Below are positions 50,217 to 57,529 of a stretch of 57,529 nucleotides of DNA, in pieces. Source of the DNA: Oscillospiraceae bacterium (lineage in GTDB: Bacteria > Bacillota > Negativicutes > Veillonellales > Dialisteraceae); the NCBI GenBank assembly GCA_963634795.1, contig CAVHDO010000002.1, forward strand, positions 1 through 57,529, given 5' to 3'. The notes below the pieces were generated by a model. That model saw nothing but the letters and a program-made list of their open reading frames with translations. It was not told the DNA's origin and searched no databases. The position numbers and the translations under genes are program-made. How positions within the stretch are numbered: position 1 is the stretch's first letter; each line of letters starts with the position of its first letter.

Positions 50217-51668
50217 CTAAAAATTAAAATACACAAAAACTGATTCGTTGCTTAAGCTGATTAGCCCCCAAAGGAAGGCCAATGCGGCCAAAATCAGTGT
50301 CCGAACCGACAATACGTGGAGAGATCTGTAATTGTTTCCCGGAAGCAGGCAGATTCCCAAGGCTACGATGAGGTATGCGAAGAGCCAGAATGCTTTGATG
50401 TCGGCGGTGAAACCCAAATGAAATACATCGATGAGGAAAGGAATTTCCGGTAAACGGAAGCAGGAAATCAGTCCGTTGCTGATCGTGGTATTTTGCATTT
50501 TGAGGATGGTTTTGACGATGTGTTTCCACTGCCCGACGGATTCGGCGCGGAAGAGAAGCCAAAGTCCGTTTATAATGGCAAACGTAGTGAGCCAGCGGAT
50601 CAGTTTGGGGATTTTTTGCTCCCATTTGGCGAAGAGGTTGTCACCGCAAAGGAAGAGGCCGTGCAACGCGCCCCATAAAATGAAGGTAAAATTGGCGCCA
50701 TGCCAAAGTCCGCTCAGCAGAAAGACAATCATGATATTGATATAGGTCCGGGCAGCGCCTTTTCGGTTACCGCCTAGAGGGATGTAGACGTAGTGTGTGA
50801 AAAATTGCGTCAGAGAGATGTGCCAGCGTTTCCAAAAATCTTTGACGGAAAGGGCCCGATAGGGAGAATCGAAATTGATGGGCAGGGTGATATTCAGCAT
50901 CTTGGAGACGCCTACGGCCATGTCGCAATATCCGCTGAAATCGAAATAAATTTGCAAAGTATAAAACAATGTCACGAGTATCCAGTCCATGGCGGTGGCT
51001 TTATCCGCATGAGAAAATCCCCACGCGACGCCTTTGGCAAAGACGTCGGCGATCATGACTTTTTTGAATAAGCCGAAACTGAAAATTTGAATGCCGCAGG
51101 CGATATTGTCCCAGTTGATTTTTTTCGCGTGCTGGTCGTTGAATTGTTGTAAGAAATCAACCGGCTCCATGAGCGGCCCCATTAAAATTTTGGGGAAATA
51201 CAGGATATAGGCGAGGTAATCGAGTAAAGAAATCCGATTGATTTGGTTTCGGCGGACAGCGACGAGATAGGCAATTTGCTGAAACGTAAAAAAGCTGATC
51301 CCTACGGGCAGCATGAGCTCTTTCGGTGCCCAATTCATGCCGGCGTATTGATCAGCAATGGATATGAAAAAATTGGTGTATTTGAAATACAAAAGCAATC
51401 CGATATTGATGAGAATCGGAGCTGCCAAAAAGAGTGAGGAGCGTTTTGCTTTTTGAAGTAGGAGACTGAAAGCAAAGTTTAGAATGAGGCTGATGCCCAG
51501 TATGGTGAAAATTTTTACATCAGAATAGGCATAAAAGATGATATCTGCGAGAACAAGGATAATCTTCGCAAGTCTGCCCCCCCCCCTCCCCGAGCTACCT
51601 ATACCAAAATAGAGAAATACGGTTACGGGAAGAAAGAGTAAAATAAAGAGGAATGAATTAAATTGCAT
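50217..51668 (-). CDS. MBOAT-family membrane O-acyltransferase (AlgI/DltB/PatA-like)
   Basis: ORF 50217..51689, likely ATG 51668 (MQFNSFLFILLFLP..). Multi-TM. Sequence FWKRWHISLTQFF, and the conserved His region GLWHGANFTFILWGALHG. Confidence 0.92.
   Translation of the reverse strand: MQFNSFLFILLFLPVTVFLYFGIGSSGRGGGRLAKIILVLADIIFYAYSDVKIFTILGISLILNFAFSLLLQKAKRSSLFLAAPILINIGLLLYFKYTNFFISIADQYAGMNWAPKELMLPVGISFFTFQQIAYLVAVRRNQINRISLLDYLAYILYFPKILMGPLMEPVDFLQQFNDQHAKKINWDNIACGIQIFSFGLFKKVMIADVFAKGVAWGFSHADKATAMDWILVTLFYTLQIYFDFSGYCDMAVGVSKMLNITLPINFDSPYRALSVKDFWKRWHISLTQFFTHYVYIPLGGNRKGAARTYINIMIVFLLSGLWHGANFTFILWGALHGLFLCGDNLFAKWEQKIPKLIRWLTTFAIINGLWLLFRAESVGQWKHIVKTILKMQNTTISNGLISCFRLPEIPFLIDVFHLGFTADIKAFWLFAYLIVALGICLLPGNNYRSLHVLSVRTLILAALAFLWGLISLSNESVFVYFNF
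51577..51586. repeat. Homopolymer C10 (G10 on the coding strand) inside the MBOAT 5' coding region
   Basis: gtctg cccccccccc tcccc read directly. It encodes ..SSGRGGGRLAK.. about 27 codons into the gene, which is currently in frame. Confidence 0.95.
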
Positions 51669-51790
51669 TCGGATTTCCTTTGCGTACAATGGATTTGGTT
51701 AACACATCATAAACTGTGCTTATTATTGCGCAAATTTTATGATTTTGCAAGGGTTTGGTATGAAAGGTTTGAAAATGCTGGAGTGTGAGA

Positions 51791-51827
51791 GCTTTGTTTT
51801 TCATGGGAAGTGCGATACGGTAAACGG
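51791..51827. repeat. Repeat module X, copy 1 (GCTTTGTTTTTCATGGGA...ACGGTAArCGG)
   Basis: gctttgtttttcatgggaagtgcgatacggtaaacgg. A direct copy lies at 52947..52986. Confidence 0.7.
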
Positions 51828-52035
51828 CTTACGGATTACGAACAGCGAATGACAATATTTGTTCTAAGCATAAGATAGAAGACAATATAGGCATTGTCGC
51901 ATAATTGAAAAATCATTATAATAAATAGGGAAGAGAGGCGCGGCGGTATCTTGCCTTCCTGTTGCGGCGTTTGGGATGGGAAGTTTTCTGCTGATGAAAA
52001 TAGGAAGGATTTGTATTACGGAAGGGGTGAAGTGG

Positions 52036-52905
52036 ATGGAGTTTCGGGTGTTGCAATATTTTTTGGCGGTGGCGCGTGAGGAGAATATTTCGCGGGCGGC
52101 GGAGGTGTTGCATGTGACGCAGCCGACGCTGTCTCGGCAGATTGCGCAGCTGGAGGAAGAGCTCGGCGCGCCGCTTTTTACGCGCGGGAAACGGACGACG
52201 CTGACGGAGGCCGGGGTCATGCTGCGAAAAAAGGCGGAGGATATTTTATTTTTGGCCGAGGAAATCGAAACGGATTTCAAGACGCGGCAAGATGTCGCGG
52301 GCGAGATTCGGATCGGGAGCGGGGTGTACGCGGGCAGCAACGCGTTTCTGGAAAAAATCCCGGCATTTCAAAAGAAATATCCCGGGGTGCATTTCGATAT
52401 TTACACGGCGTCGGCGGATTTGCTCAAGTACCGGCTGGATCACGGTCTCTTGGATTTCGCAGTGATGATGGAGCCGGTCGAAATCGGAAGTCATGATTTC
52501 ATTCGCCTGCCGGAAAAGGATGTGTGGGGGATTCTGATGGCGACGGATTCGGCGTTGGCGCAAAAGAAGGCCATCACGTCGGAAGATTTGAAAGGGAAAC
52601 GTTTTTTGATGAGCCGGCGCGCCATTTTGCAGGGAGAATTCAAAAATTGGCTGCAAACGGATCCTCCGGAGATTGGGGTCGCGTACAATCTTTTGAGCAA
52701 TGCATTGCCTTTTGTCCGGAAGGGCGCCGTGCTTTTGACCATTGAAGCGGCGACGACCGATCTCGATCCCGCACGCTATTGTTTTCGTCCCTTGGCACCT
52801 GCGCTGACGACGTCGACGGTCTTGGCGTGGAGAAAGCTCAATCCGGTCTTCGGCCCGGCGAAGGTTTTTCTGGAATTTTTGAAAGAGGAAATGAAGGGCG
52901 AGTGA
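52036..52905 (+). CDS. LysR-family transcriptional regulator
   Basis: ORF 51976..52905, ATG 52036. HTH region MEFRVLQYFLAVAREENISRAAEVLHVTQPTLSRQIAQLE, plus a substrate-binding domain. Confidence 0.92.
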   Translation: MEFRVLQYFLAVAREENISRAAEVLHVTQPTLSRQIAQLEEELGAPLFTRGKRTTLTEAGVMLRKKAEDILFLAEEIETDFKTRQDVAGEIRIGSGVYAGSNAFLEKIPAFQKKYPGVHFDIYTASADLLKYRLDHGLLDFAVMMEPVEIGSHDFIRLPEKDVWGILMATDSALAQKKAITSEDLKGKRFLMSRRAILQGEFKNWLQTDPPEIGVAYNLLSNALPFVRKGAVLLTIEAATTDLDPARYCFRPLAPALTTSTVLAWRKLNPVFGPAKVFLEFLKEEMKGE

Positions 52906-52946
52906 CCGTTAGCCGTCATCTGTTGACCGTTTACCGTGCGTGAATG

Positions 52947-52986
52947 GCTTTGTTTTTCATGGGATTTGTAAGGCACGGTAAGCGGA
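52947..52986. repeat. Repeat module X, copy 2
   Basis: gctttgtttttcatgggatttgtaaggcacggtaagcgg. It sits in the loop of the ttaccgtgc/gcacggtaa inverted repeat. Confidence 0.7.
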
Positions 52987-52990
52987 TAAA

Positions 52991-53078
52991 GGCTTGAAAA
53001 GGCTTGATGATTCGGCGCGGTGTTTTTGTTTCTTTTTCTTTGAATGAATTTTGGTGCCGGGCTTGGGAAGGCTTGAAG
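52991..53078. repeat. GGCTTGAAAAGGCTTGA word dimers (same family as 15203..15440)
   Basis: ggcttgaaaaggcttga at 52991..53007 and gggcttgggaaggcttgaag at 53059..53078. Confidence 0.75.
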
Positions 53079-53200
53079 AGTCGGGAAAGGCCGGAGAAAT
53101 TGTGCTGTCCGTGTGACAAACTGTTGACCGTCCGTGTCGGATGGCATGAGGATACACGAGGGGATGGCTCGTTGGAAATTGGAATCAGGAGGATATAGCA

Positions 53201-53875
53201 GTGAAGAAACCGTATATTATTTGTCATATGATGACTTCGGTCGACGGGCGCATCGATTGTGCCATGACGGAGGAACTGCCGGGCGTGCAGGATTATTATC
53301 GGACATTGGATTCTTTTGAGGCGCCGACTCGTGTGAGCGGACGGGTGACGGCAGAGCTTGAGATGGCCTTGCCCGGGAAATTTCAAAGTGCGACGGTCAC
53401 GCCATTGGGACGGGAAGGGGTTTCCAAGGCAGTGGACGCCAAAGGGTATGAAGTCATTGTCGATACGAAGGGGACTTTGCTTTGGAATCAGGCGGATTTT
53501 GCAGAACGTCCTTTATTGGTGGCAACAAGCGAAAAAGTCAGTCATGAATATTTGGCCTATCTGGATTCTTTGAAAATTTCGTGGATTGCTTGCGGTAAGG
53601 AAAGGATCGATCTTCCGCGTGTTTGTGAAATTTTGGCAAGCGTGTTTGGAGTCGAAAGGATGGCGGTCGTCGGAGGCGGACATATCAATGCCGGATTTTT
53701 GGCGGAAGGTCTTTTGGATGAAGTGAGCATTTTGATCGGAGCCGGTATCGACGGACGCGCCGGAATGGGTGCGGTGTTTGACGGGTTGCCGCTGCATCGC
53801 TCCGTCACGCCTCTTCGCTTGGAGAAGGCGGAAGCGCTGGACTCCGGGGCTGTATGGATTCGGTATCGCGTCTGA
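53201..53875 (+). CDS. RibD C-terminal domain / dihydrofolate-reductase-like family protein
   Basis: GTG start after AGGAGG. 224 aa. Sequence YIICHMMTSVDGRID.., VVGGGHINAGFL, DEVSILIGAGIDG. Confidence 0.85.
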   Translation: MKKPYIICHMMTSVDGRIDCAMTEELPGVQDYYRTLDSFEAPTRVSGRVTAELEMALPGKFQSATVTPLGREGVSKAVDAKGYEVIVDTKGTLLWNQADFAERPLLVATSEKVSHEYLAYLDSLKISWIACGKERIDLPRVCEILASVFGVERMAVVGGGHINAGFLAEGLLDEVSILIGAGIDGRAGMGAVFDGLPLHRSVTPLRLEKAEALDSGAVWIRYRV

Positions 53876-53948
53876 TAAATATGTTTTTTGTGCTCGGCAC
53901 GTTCTGAAGGAAACGGATATTTCCTTTTTGGAAACCGTTTCTTTTTTA

Positions 53949-53977
53949 TTGACACGGCAAAAAAAGCATGCTATCAT
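53949..53977 (+). promoter_or_regulatory. Candidate promoter driving the cobalamin riboswitch
   Basis: TTGACA (53949..53954), 17-nt spacer including TG, then TATCAT (53972..53977). Confidence 0.6.
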
Positions 53978-53989
53978 ACAAACATCAAC

Positions 53990-54246
53990 AGAATAGTGAA
54001 AAAGCAGGTGCCCCTTAAGGGGCTTAATAGGGAAGCCGGTGAAAATCCGGCACGGTCCCGCCACTGTATAGCAGAGTCGATCCAAGAATGTCACTGGGAT
54101 TTCCCGGGAAGGCGGAAAGGCAAGGATGCGAAGTCAGGAGAACTGCCTGTTTTTTGTTGCCGTTTGACCTACGAGTGATGGGAAGGTGACGTTATCCTCT
54201 ATAGGGGTAGTGTCGGCTTGCATCGGTGGGGACGCAAGCTTTTTTG
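53990..54246 (+). promoter_or_regulatory. Cobalamin (B12) riboswitch with intrinsic-terminator expression platform
   Basis: Aptamer core aatagggaagccggtgaaaatccggcacggtcccgccactgt (B12 box GCCACTG). Distal gaagtcaggagaactgcctg. Terminator ggcttgc atcggtggggac gcaagc plus T6 at 54216..54246. Confidence 0.88.
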
Positions 54247-54540
54247 TTGAGCATTTCGGGATCGGTCGTGAGGATATCCGGTCTTTGAAAGGGAGTCTCG
54301 GCGGGTGAAGTATCTGGCGACTCCGTACGAGGATGGCGAAGGGAAATGTCATTCTCCGTCCCGGGAATTTCTCGGTATCGATAGTCACTTTCGATACGGA
54401 ATGTCCGACGGAATCGGAAACGGTTTCTTCGGCGCTTCTTATCGGAAGTTTCTATATTCTTCCTCTCTCATGATTCGATGGCAGTAGGGAAATGTCATCG
54501 GATCCCTCTCTCTCTTGGGAAGTTTTCTTCCCTCCCTTTC

Positions 54541-54568
54541 AAAGCGGGCTTGCCCCGCTTTTCTTTTT
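54541..54568 (+). terminator. Second rho-independent terminator closing the riboswitch-downstream unit
   Basis: aaagcggg cttgc cccgcttt followed by a tcttttt T-rich run. Confidence 0.7.
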
Positions 54569-54675
54569 GCCCGAAAACAAAAACGGCGGCGTGAAAATTT
54601 CTTGTGAATCGATGGAGTTTATGATAGAGTAGGGGCAGGATTTTTTTTGAAACAGAATTTGTAAGGAGGCGCGAG

Positions 54676-55539
54676 ATGAGAAAAATTTGGATGGCAGCGG
54701 CGTTGGCGACGGCGCTGGGGATGGGGACGGCCGTCGGCGCGGATGTGGCGATGAATTGGGGCGTCAAAGAGGAAACGGTCCGGCTGCATGTCGAAGGAAA
54801 AGAGGATATCGATGTGACGGCGGCGCTCATGGTGCCGCTACGGAAAACGGCCGAGCAGCTCGGATTTTCCGTGACGGAGAAGGCCGGCCGTATTTCGGTC
54901 GACGACGGAAATTTGCGCGCGACGGTCACGGCCGGCATGGATTCGTATACCGTCTCGCCCGTCAATGCCGGCATGTCCGTATCGAGTGCGCCGTTTTCGC
55001 TCGGTGTGCCGCCTTGCGTGAAGGACGGCGTGACATTTGTGCCCGTTTCCCTGTTTCGTGTACTTTTGGGAAACGATCCGGAATCCGTCTTCGTCGATGG
55101 CAATGTGATTCTGTTTACGCGCTCCGAGGCGGTGAAAGAAAAGGAAGAGCCGGTCGGGATGCCGAATCCTTTCCGGGATTTTGTGACGGCGGCCGGGATG
55201 CAGGAGGGCGCTGGATTTCCGCTGACACTGCCGCGCATCCAAAAAGCCGAGGCGCTGTATCGAGCGATCCCCGGCGAATTGGCAGAGGTGATTTATCGGC
55301 GCGACGGCGAGGAAATCTTGCGCATCCGCAAAGGAAAAGGCAAAGATGTTTCCGGCGATTACAATCAGTATCCAAGTGCGGGTTTGTATGATGTGAAAGA
55401 GAAATTGGTGACGATGAAGGGCGACGGCAAGAAAATCCGTCTCGCGACGTGGAAAGAAGGAGATTTTGCGTATTCCGTTTCGTCGACAGAGGGAATTTCC
55501 GTCGGGAAAATGAAAGGGATTGTGAAGCAGATTCGATAA
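54676..55539 (+). CDS. Secreted protein with copper-amine-oxidase N-terminal ('stalk') like domain
   Basis: 287 aa. RBS AAGGAGG. Signal peptide ..GMGTAVGA. Sequence LMVPLRKTAEQLGFSV.....VTFVPVSLF is typical of Cu_amine_oxidN1 domains. The C-terminal half has unknown function. Confidence 0.7.
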   Translation: MRKIWMAAALATALGMGTAVGADVAMNWGVKEETVRLHVEGKEDIDVTAALMVPLRKTAEQLGFSVTEKAGRISVDDGNLRATVTAGMDSYTVSPVNAGMSVSSAPFSLGVPPCVKDGVTFVPVSLFRVLLGNDPESVFVDGNVILFTRSEAVKEKEEPVGMPNPFRDFVTAAGMQEGAGFPLTLPRIQKAEALYRAIPGELAEVIYRRDGEEILRIRKGKGKDVSGDYNQYPSAGLYDVKEKLVTMKGDGKKIRLATWKEGDFAYSVSSTEGISVGKMKGIVKQIR

Positions 55540-55750
55540 GGAAATCAAAGGGTGTATATTTTTCGTGCCAAATGCAGGAAATTAAACGCGGTTTCAGCTT
55601 TGCTTTTCGGCTCTATCATCGGAAAGTTTTTATCTCTAATGCTACCCAAACGGAGAAGAATAAAAGTGGTGCATCTCATTTCTATCAGTGTAAAGACTTT
55701 CTTTCCAGTTGCCGCAAAAGGAAATAGGCAATAATCCCGGCTTCTCCACG

Positions 55751-55775
55751 AAAAAAAGCCCGTCTTTCGACAGGC
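55751..55775 (-). terminator. Rho-independent terminator after tRNA-Ala
   Basis: The minus strand reads gcctgtc gaaa gacgggc followed by T7. Confidence 0.8.
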
Positions 55776-55778
55776 CAA

Positions 55779-55854
55779 TGGTGGAGATAAGCGGGATCGA
55801 ACCGCTGACCTTCTGAATGCCATTCAGACGCTCTCCCAGCTGAGCTATACCCCC
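55779..55854 (-). tRNA. tRNA-Ala (anticodon GGC), encoded CCA
   Basis: The minus strand reads GGGGGTATAGCTCAGCTGGGAGAGCGTCTGAATGGCATTCAGAAGGTCAGCGGTTCGATCCCGCTTATCTCCACCA. It has the G3:U70 identity pair and the anticodon loop auGGCau. Confidence 0.93.
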
Positions 55855-55921
55855 ATGCAACGGATATAGGATATCAAATTTTTCTCGCTTTGTCAAAGCT
55901 TTTTTCAAGAAACAGGACAAT

Positions 55922-56683
55922 ATGAAGAAATATTTCTTTTTCGATATCGACGGGACGCTGACGCAACCATTGACGAATGAAGTGCCGGAGAGCACAAAGG
56001 AAACGCTCGCTCTTTTGCAGGCGCGCGGTCATTTTGTCGCCATCGCGACGGGAAGAATCCAAGCGGACGCCATCGCTGTCGCCGCGTCTTTGGGCATTTC
56101 ATCGGCCGTGTCCGACGGGGGCGAATGCGTGACTCTTTTCGGAGAGATTTTGTATCACACTGGTCTCAATTCCAAACGATGTGCCGATTTCTTTTCGAGG
56201 ACGGATCGGACGCGTTTCCCTTGGGCGGCGGCGACGGAAAATGCGAAAATCGCGCTTACACCCGATGTGCGTTATTTGGAAGCAGTTCCGAATCGATATT
56301 ACGACGTCCGCATCGCGCCGGATTTTGATTTCCTGCACGCGCCGCACATTTACAAAATTTTTGTCGCGTGTCGAAAAGAAGAATTGCCTGAAATCGATCT
56401 TTGCGGTCTTTCGCACGTCTGGCTTCGTCGCGGGACGTTGCTCTTGGAGCCGACGCAAAAGGACAAGGGCATTCGCTACGTGATGCAGCGTCTGTCGGCG
56501 GCGGATAAAGATATTGTCGTCTTCGGAGACGGGATGAATGACCGCGCCATGTTTCGCCCGGAGTGGACCTCGATTGCCATGGGAAACGCGAAAGAGGAGC
56601 TGAAGGCGCTGGCCACGTATGTGACGACGCCTGCGGGAGAAGACGGAATTTACAACGCCTGCCGGCATTTCGGATGGATTTGA
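55922..56683 (+). CDS. HAD-superfamily hydrolase, Cof-type (IIB)
   Basis: 253 aa. Sequence YFFFDIDGTLT, ATGR, and FGDGMNDRAMF. Confidence 0.88.
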   Translation: MKKYFFFDIDGTLTQPLTNEVPESTKETLALLQARGHFVAIATGRIQADAIAVAASLGISSAVSDGGECVTLFGEILYHTGLNSKRCADFFSRTDRTRFPWAAATENAKIALTPDVRYLEAVPNRYYDVRIAPDFDFLHAPHIYKIFVACRKEELPEIDLCGLSHVWLRRGTLLLEPTQKDKGIRYVMQRLSAADKDIVVFGDGMNDRAMFRPEWTSIAMGNAKEELKALATYVTTPAGEDGIYNACRHFGWI

Positions 56684-56854
56684 AGTTGAAGAAACAGAAT
56701 AAAAGAGTGAGCGGTGATGAAAATGATGTCGTCTGCGTTGAGGCTCTTTGTGTAAAAATCGCACGGAGCGTATATTGGTATATTGTCTGACAAAAAAAGC
56801 CGGGCACTCCAAAAGCGTCGTCTAATGGCTAACAGCTAAAAATGAATAACCGTC

Positions 56855-56923
56855 TCGCGCCTGATGCAAAAGTGTATCACAATCTGATGTCTGACGTCTG
56901 ACTATCTGATGTCTTGACCTCTG
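56855..56923. repeat. Repeat modules R (partial) plus S
   Basis: ctcgcgcctgatgcaaaag, then aatctgatgtctgacgtctgactatctgatgtcttgacctctg. Same order as at 13631..13735. Confidence 0.7.
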
Positions 56924-56978
56924 TGTGCTTCCAAAAGTTTAGCATAGAAAATTTAGCATAGAAAAGATTTGTTTTCAT

Positions 56979-57007
56979 TTGCAATTCCGGGGCGGACATG
57001 GTAAAAT
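56979..57007 (+). promoter_or_regulatory. Candidate rplS promoter
   Basis: TTGCAA (56979..56984), 17-nt spacer, TGgTAAAAT extended -10 (56999..57007). This gives a ~95-nt leader. Confidence 0.55.
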
Positions 57008-57107
57008 ATTTCTCGTATGTTGAGACAGTCCTCTGCCGGTTGTCGGCATGAATGTCCGTTTTTGGGGGCGCGGCGTGGCCGTTTGCCCAAGTAAGGAGGA
57101 AACAGTC

Positions 57108-57449
57108 GTGAATATTATCGACACGCTCGAAAATGAGCAGCTTCGTGACGACATTCCGGAATTCCGCCCCGGCGATACGGTGCGGGTTCACACGAAGGTC
57201 ATCGAAGGAAAGACGGAACGTATCCAGGTGTATGAAGGCGTCGTGATTGCGCGTCGTCATGCGGGTCTTCGCGAGACGTTCACCGTGCGCCGCATTTCTT
57301 ACGGCGTCGGCGTGGAAAGAACGTTCTTCATTCATTCGCCGCGTCTGGCCAAGATTGAAGTGAAGCGTCGCGGGATTGTCCGCCGCGCGAAACTTTTCTA
57401 TCTGCGCGGTTTGTCCGGCAAGGCGGCCAGAATCAAAGAAAGAAAATAA
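57108..57449 (+). CDS. rplS: 50S ribosomal protein L19
   Basis: ORF 57048..57449. GTG 57108 follows AAGGAGG. Sequence [35 protein letters not shown]...[19 protein letters not shown]. Confidence 0.93.
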   Translation: MNIIDTLENEQLRDDIPEFRPGDTVRVHTKVIEGKTERIQVYEGVVIARRHAGLRETFTVRRISYGVGVERTFFIHSPRLAKIEVKRRGIVRRAKLFYLRGLSGKAARIKERK

Positions 57450-57529
57450 GAAACGAGAGATGCTCCCAAGCGGGGGCATTTTTTGTTTGACAATTTTGGC
57501 AGCGGTCGGTATGATGAGAGGCGAGAGGG

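Noticed and set aside
57014-57107. L19 ribosomal-protein leader upstream of rplS.
   Set aside because: A ~95-nt GC-rich leader with hairpin potential exists (ctgccgg ttg tcggcat; ggcgtggcc). I cannot match it to the L19-leader consensus from memory, so it is left unannotated. An Rfam scan would decide.

Overview
This 57.5-kb chromosomal window looks like a diderm Firmicute of the Negativicutes (Selenomonas/Veillonella-like). That call is an inference from gene content: an SLH-domain OmpM/Mep45-type porin, an RND efflux pump and an O-antigen-ligase-like protein sit beside a Firmicute-style tig-clpP-clpX-lon-engB block and a succinate-to-propionate (methylmalonyl-CoA) operon. Most of the window is densely packed housekeeping DNA on the + strand:
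- guaB
- an envelope/lipid string (TagA-like GT, psd, pssA, membrane GT2, surE)
- a two-piece methionine synthase locus with metF (- strand)
- contiguous uvrB-uvrA-uvrC-lemA
- rpmF and rplS
- two tRNAs (Leu-CAA, Ala-GGC)
- one cobalamin riboswitch

I did not recognise any CRISPR array, prophage, transposase, toxin-antitoxin pair or known defence system. The unusual material is mostly non-coding or accessory:
1. A network of short modular repeats and nested hairpins fills nearly every long intergenic region. It includes a 1.1-kb ORF-free spacer that splits the methionine synthase locus.
2. A ~160-bp MITE-like element with perfect 20-bp terminal inverted repeats is present twice in opposite orientation, bracketing the O-antigen-ligase gene plus the whole propionate operon.
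3. A visibly AT-richer two-gene island (MBOAT O-acyltransferase plus a membrane-anchored partner) carries a G10 homopolymer inside the MBOAT 5' coding region. This is a candidate phase-variation switch.
4. A promoter-proximal B12 riboswitch is followed by a ~300-nt terminator-bounded unit with no convincing gene.
5. A 172-aa 'mini-OmpM' paralog stops after the first two barrel strands.
6. The methylmalonyl-CoA decarboxylase gene set lacks the membrane beta subunit.

Everything was read by eye. Identity values and GC statements are approximate, and no database search was run.
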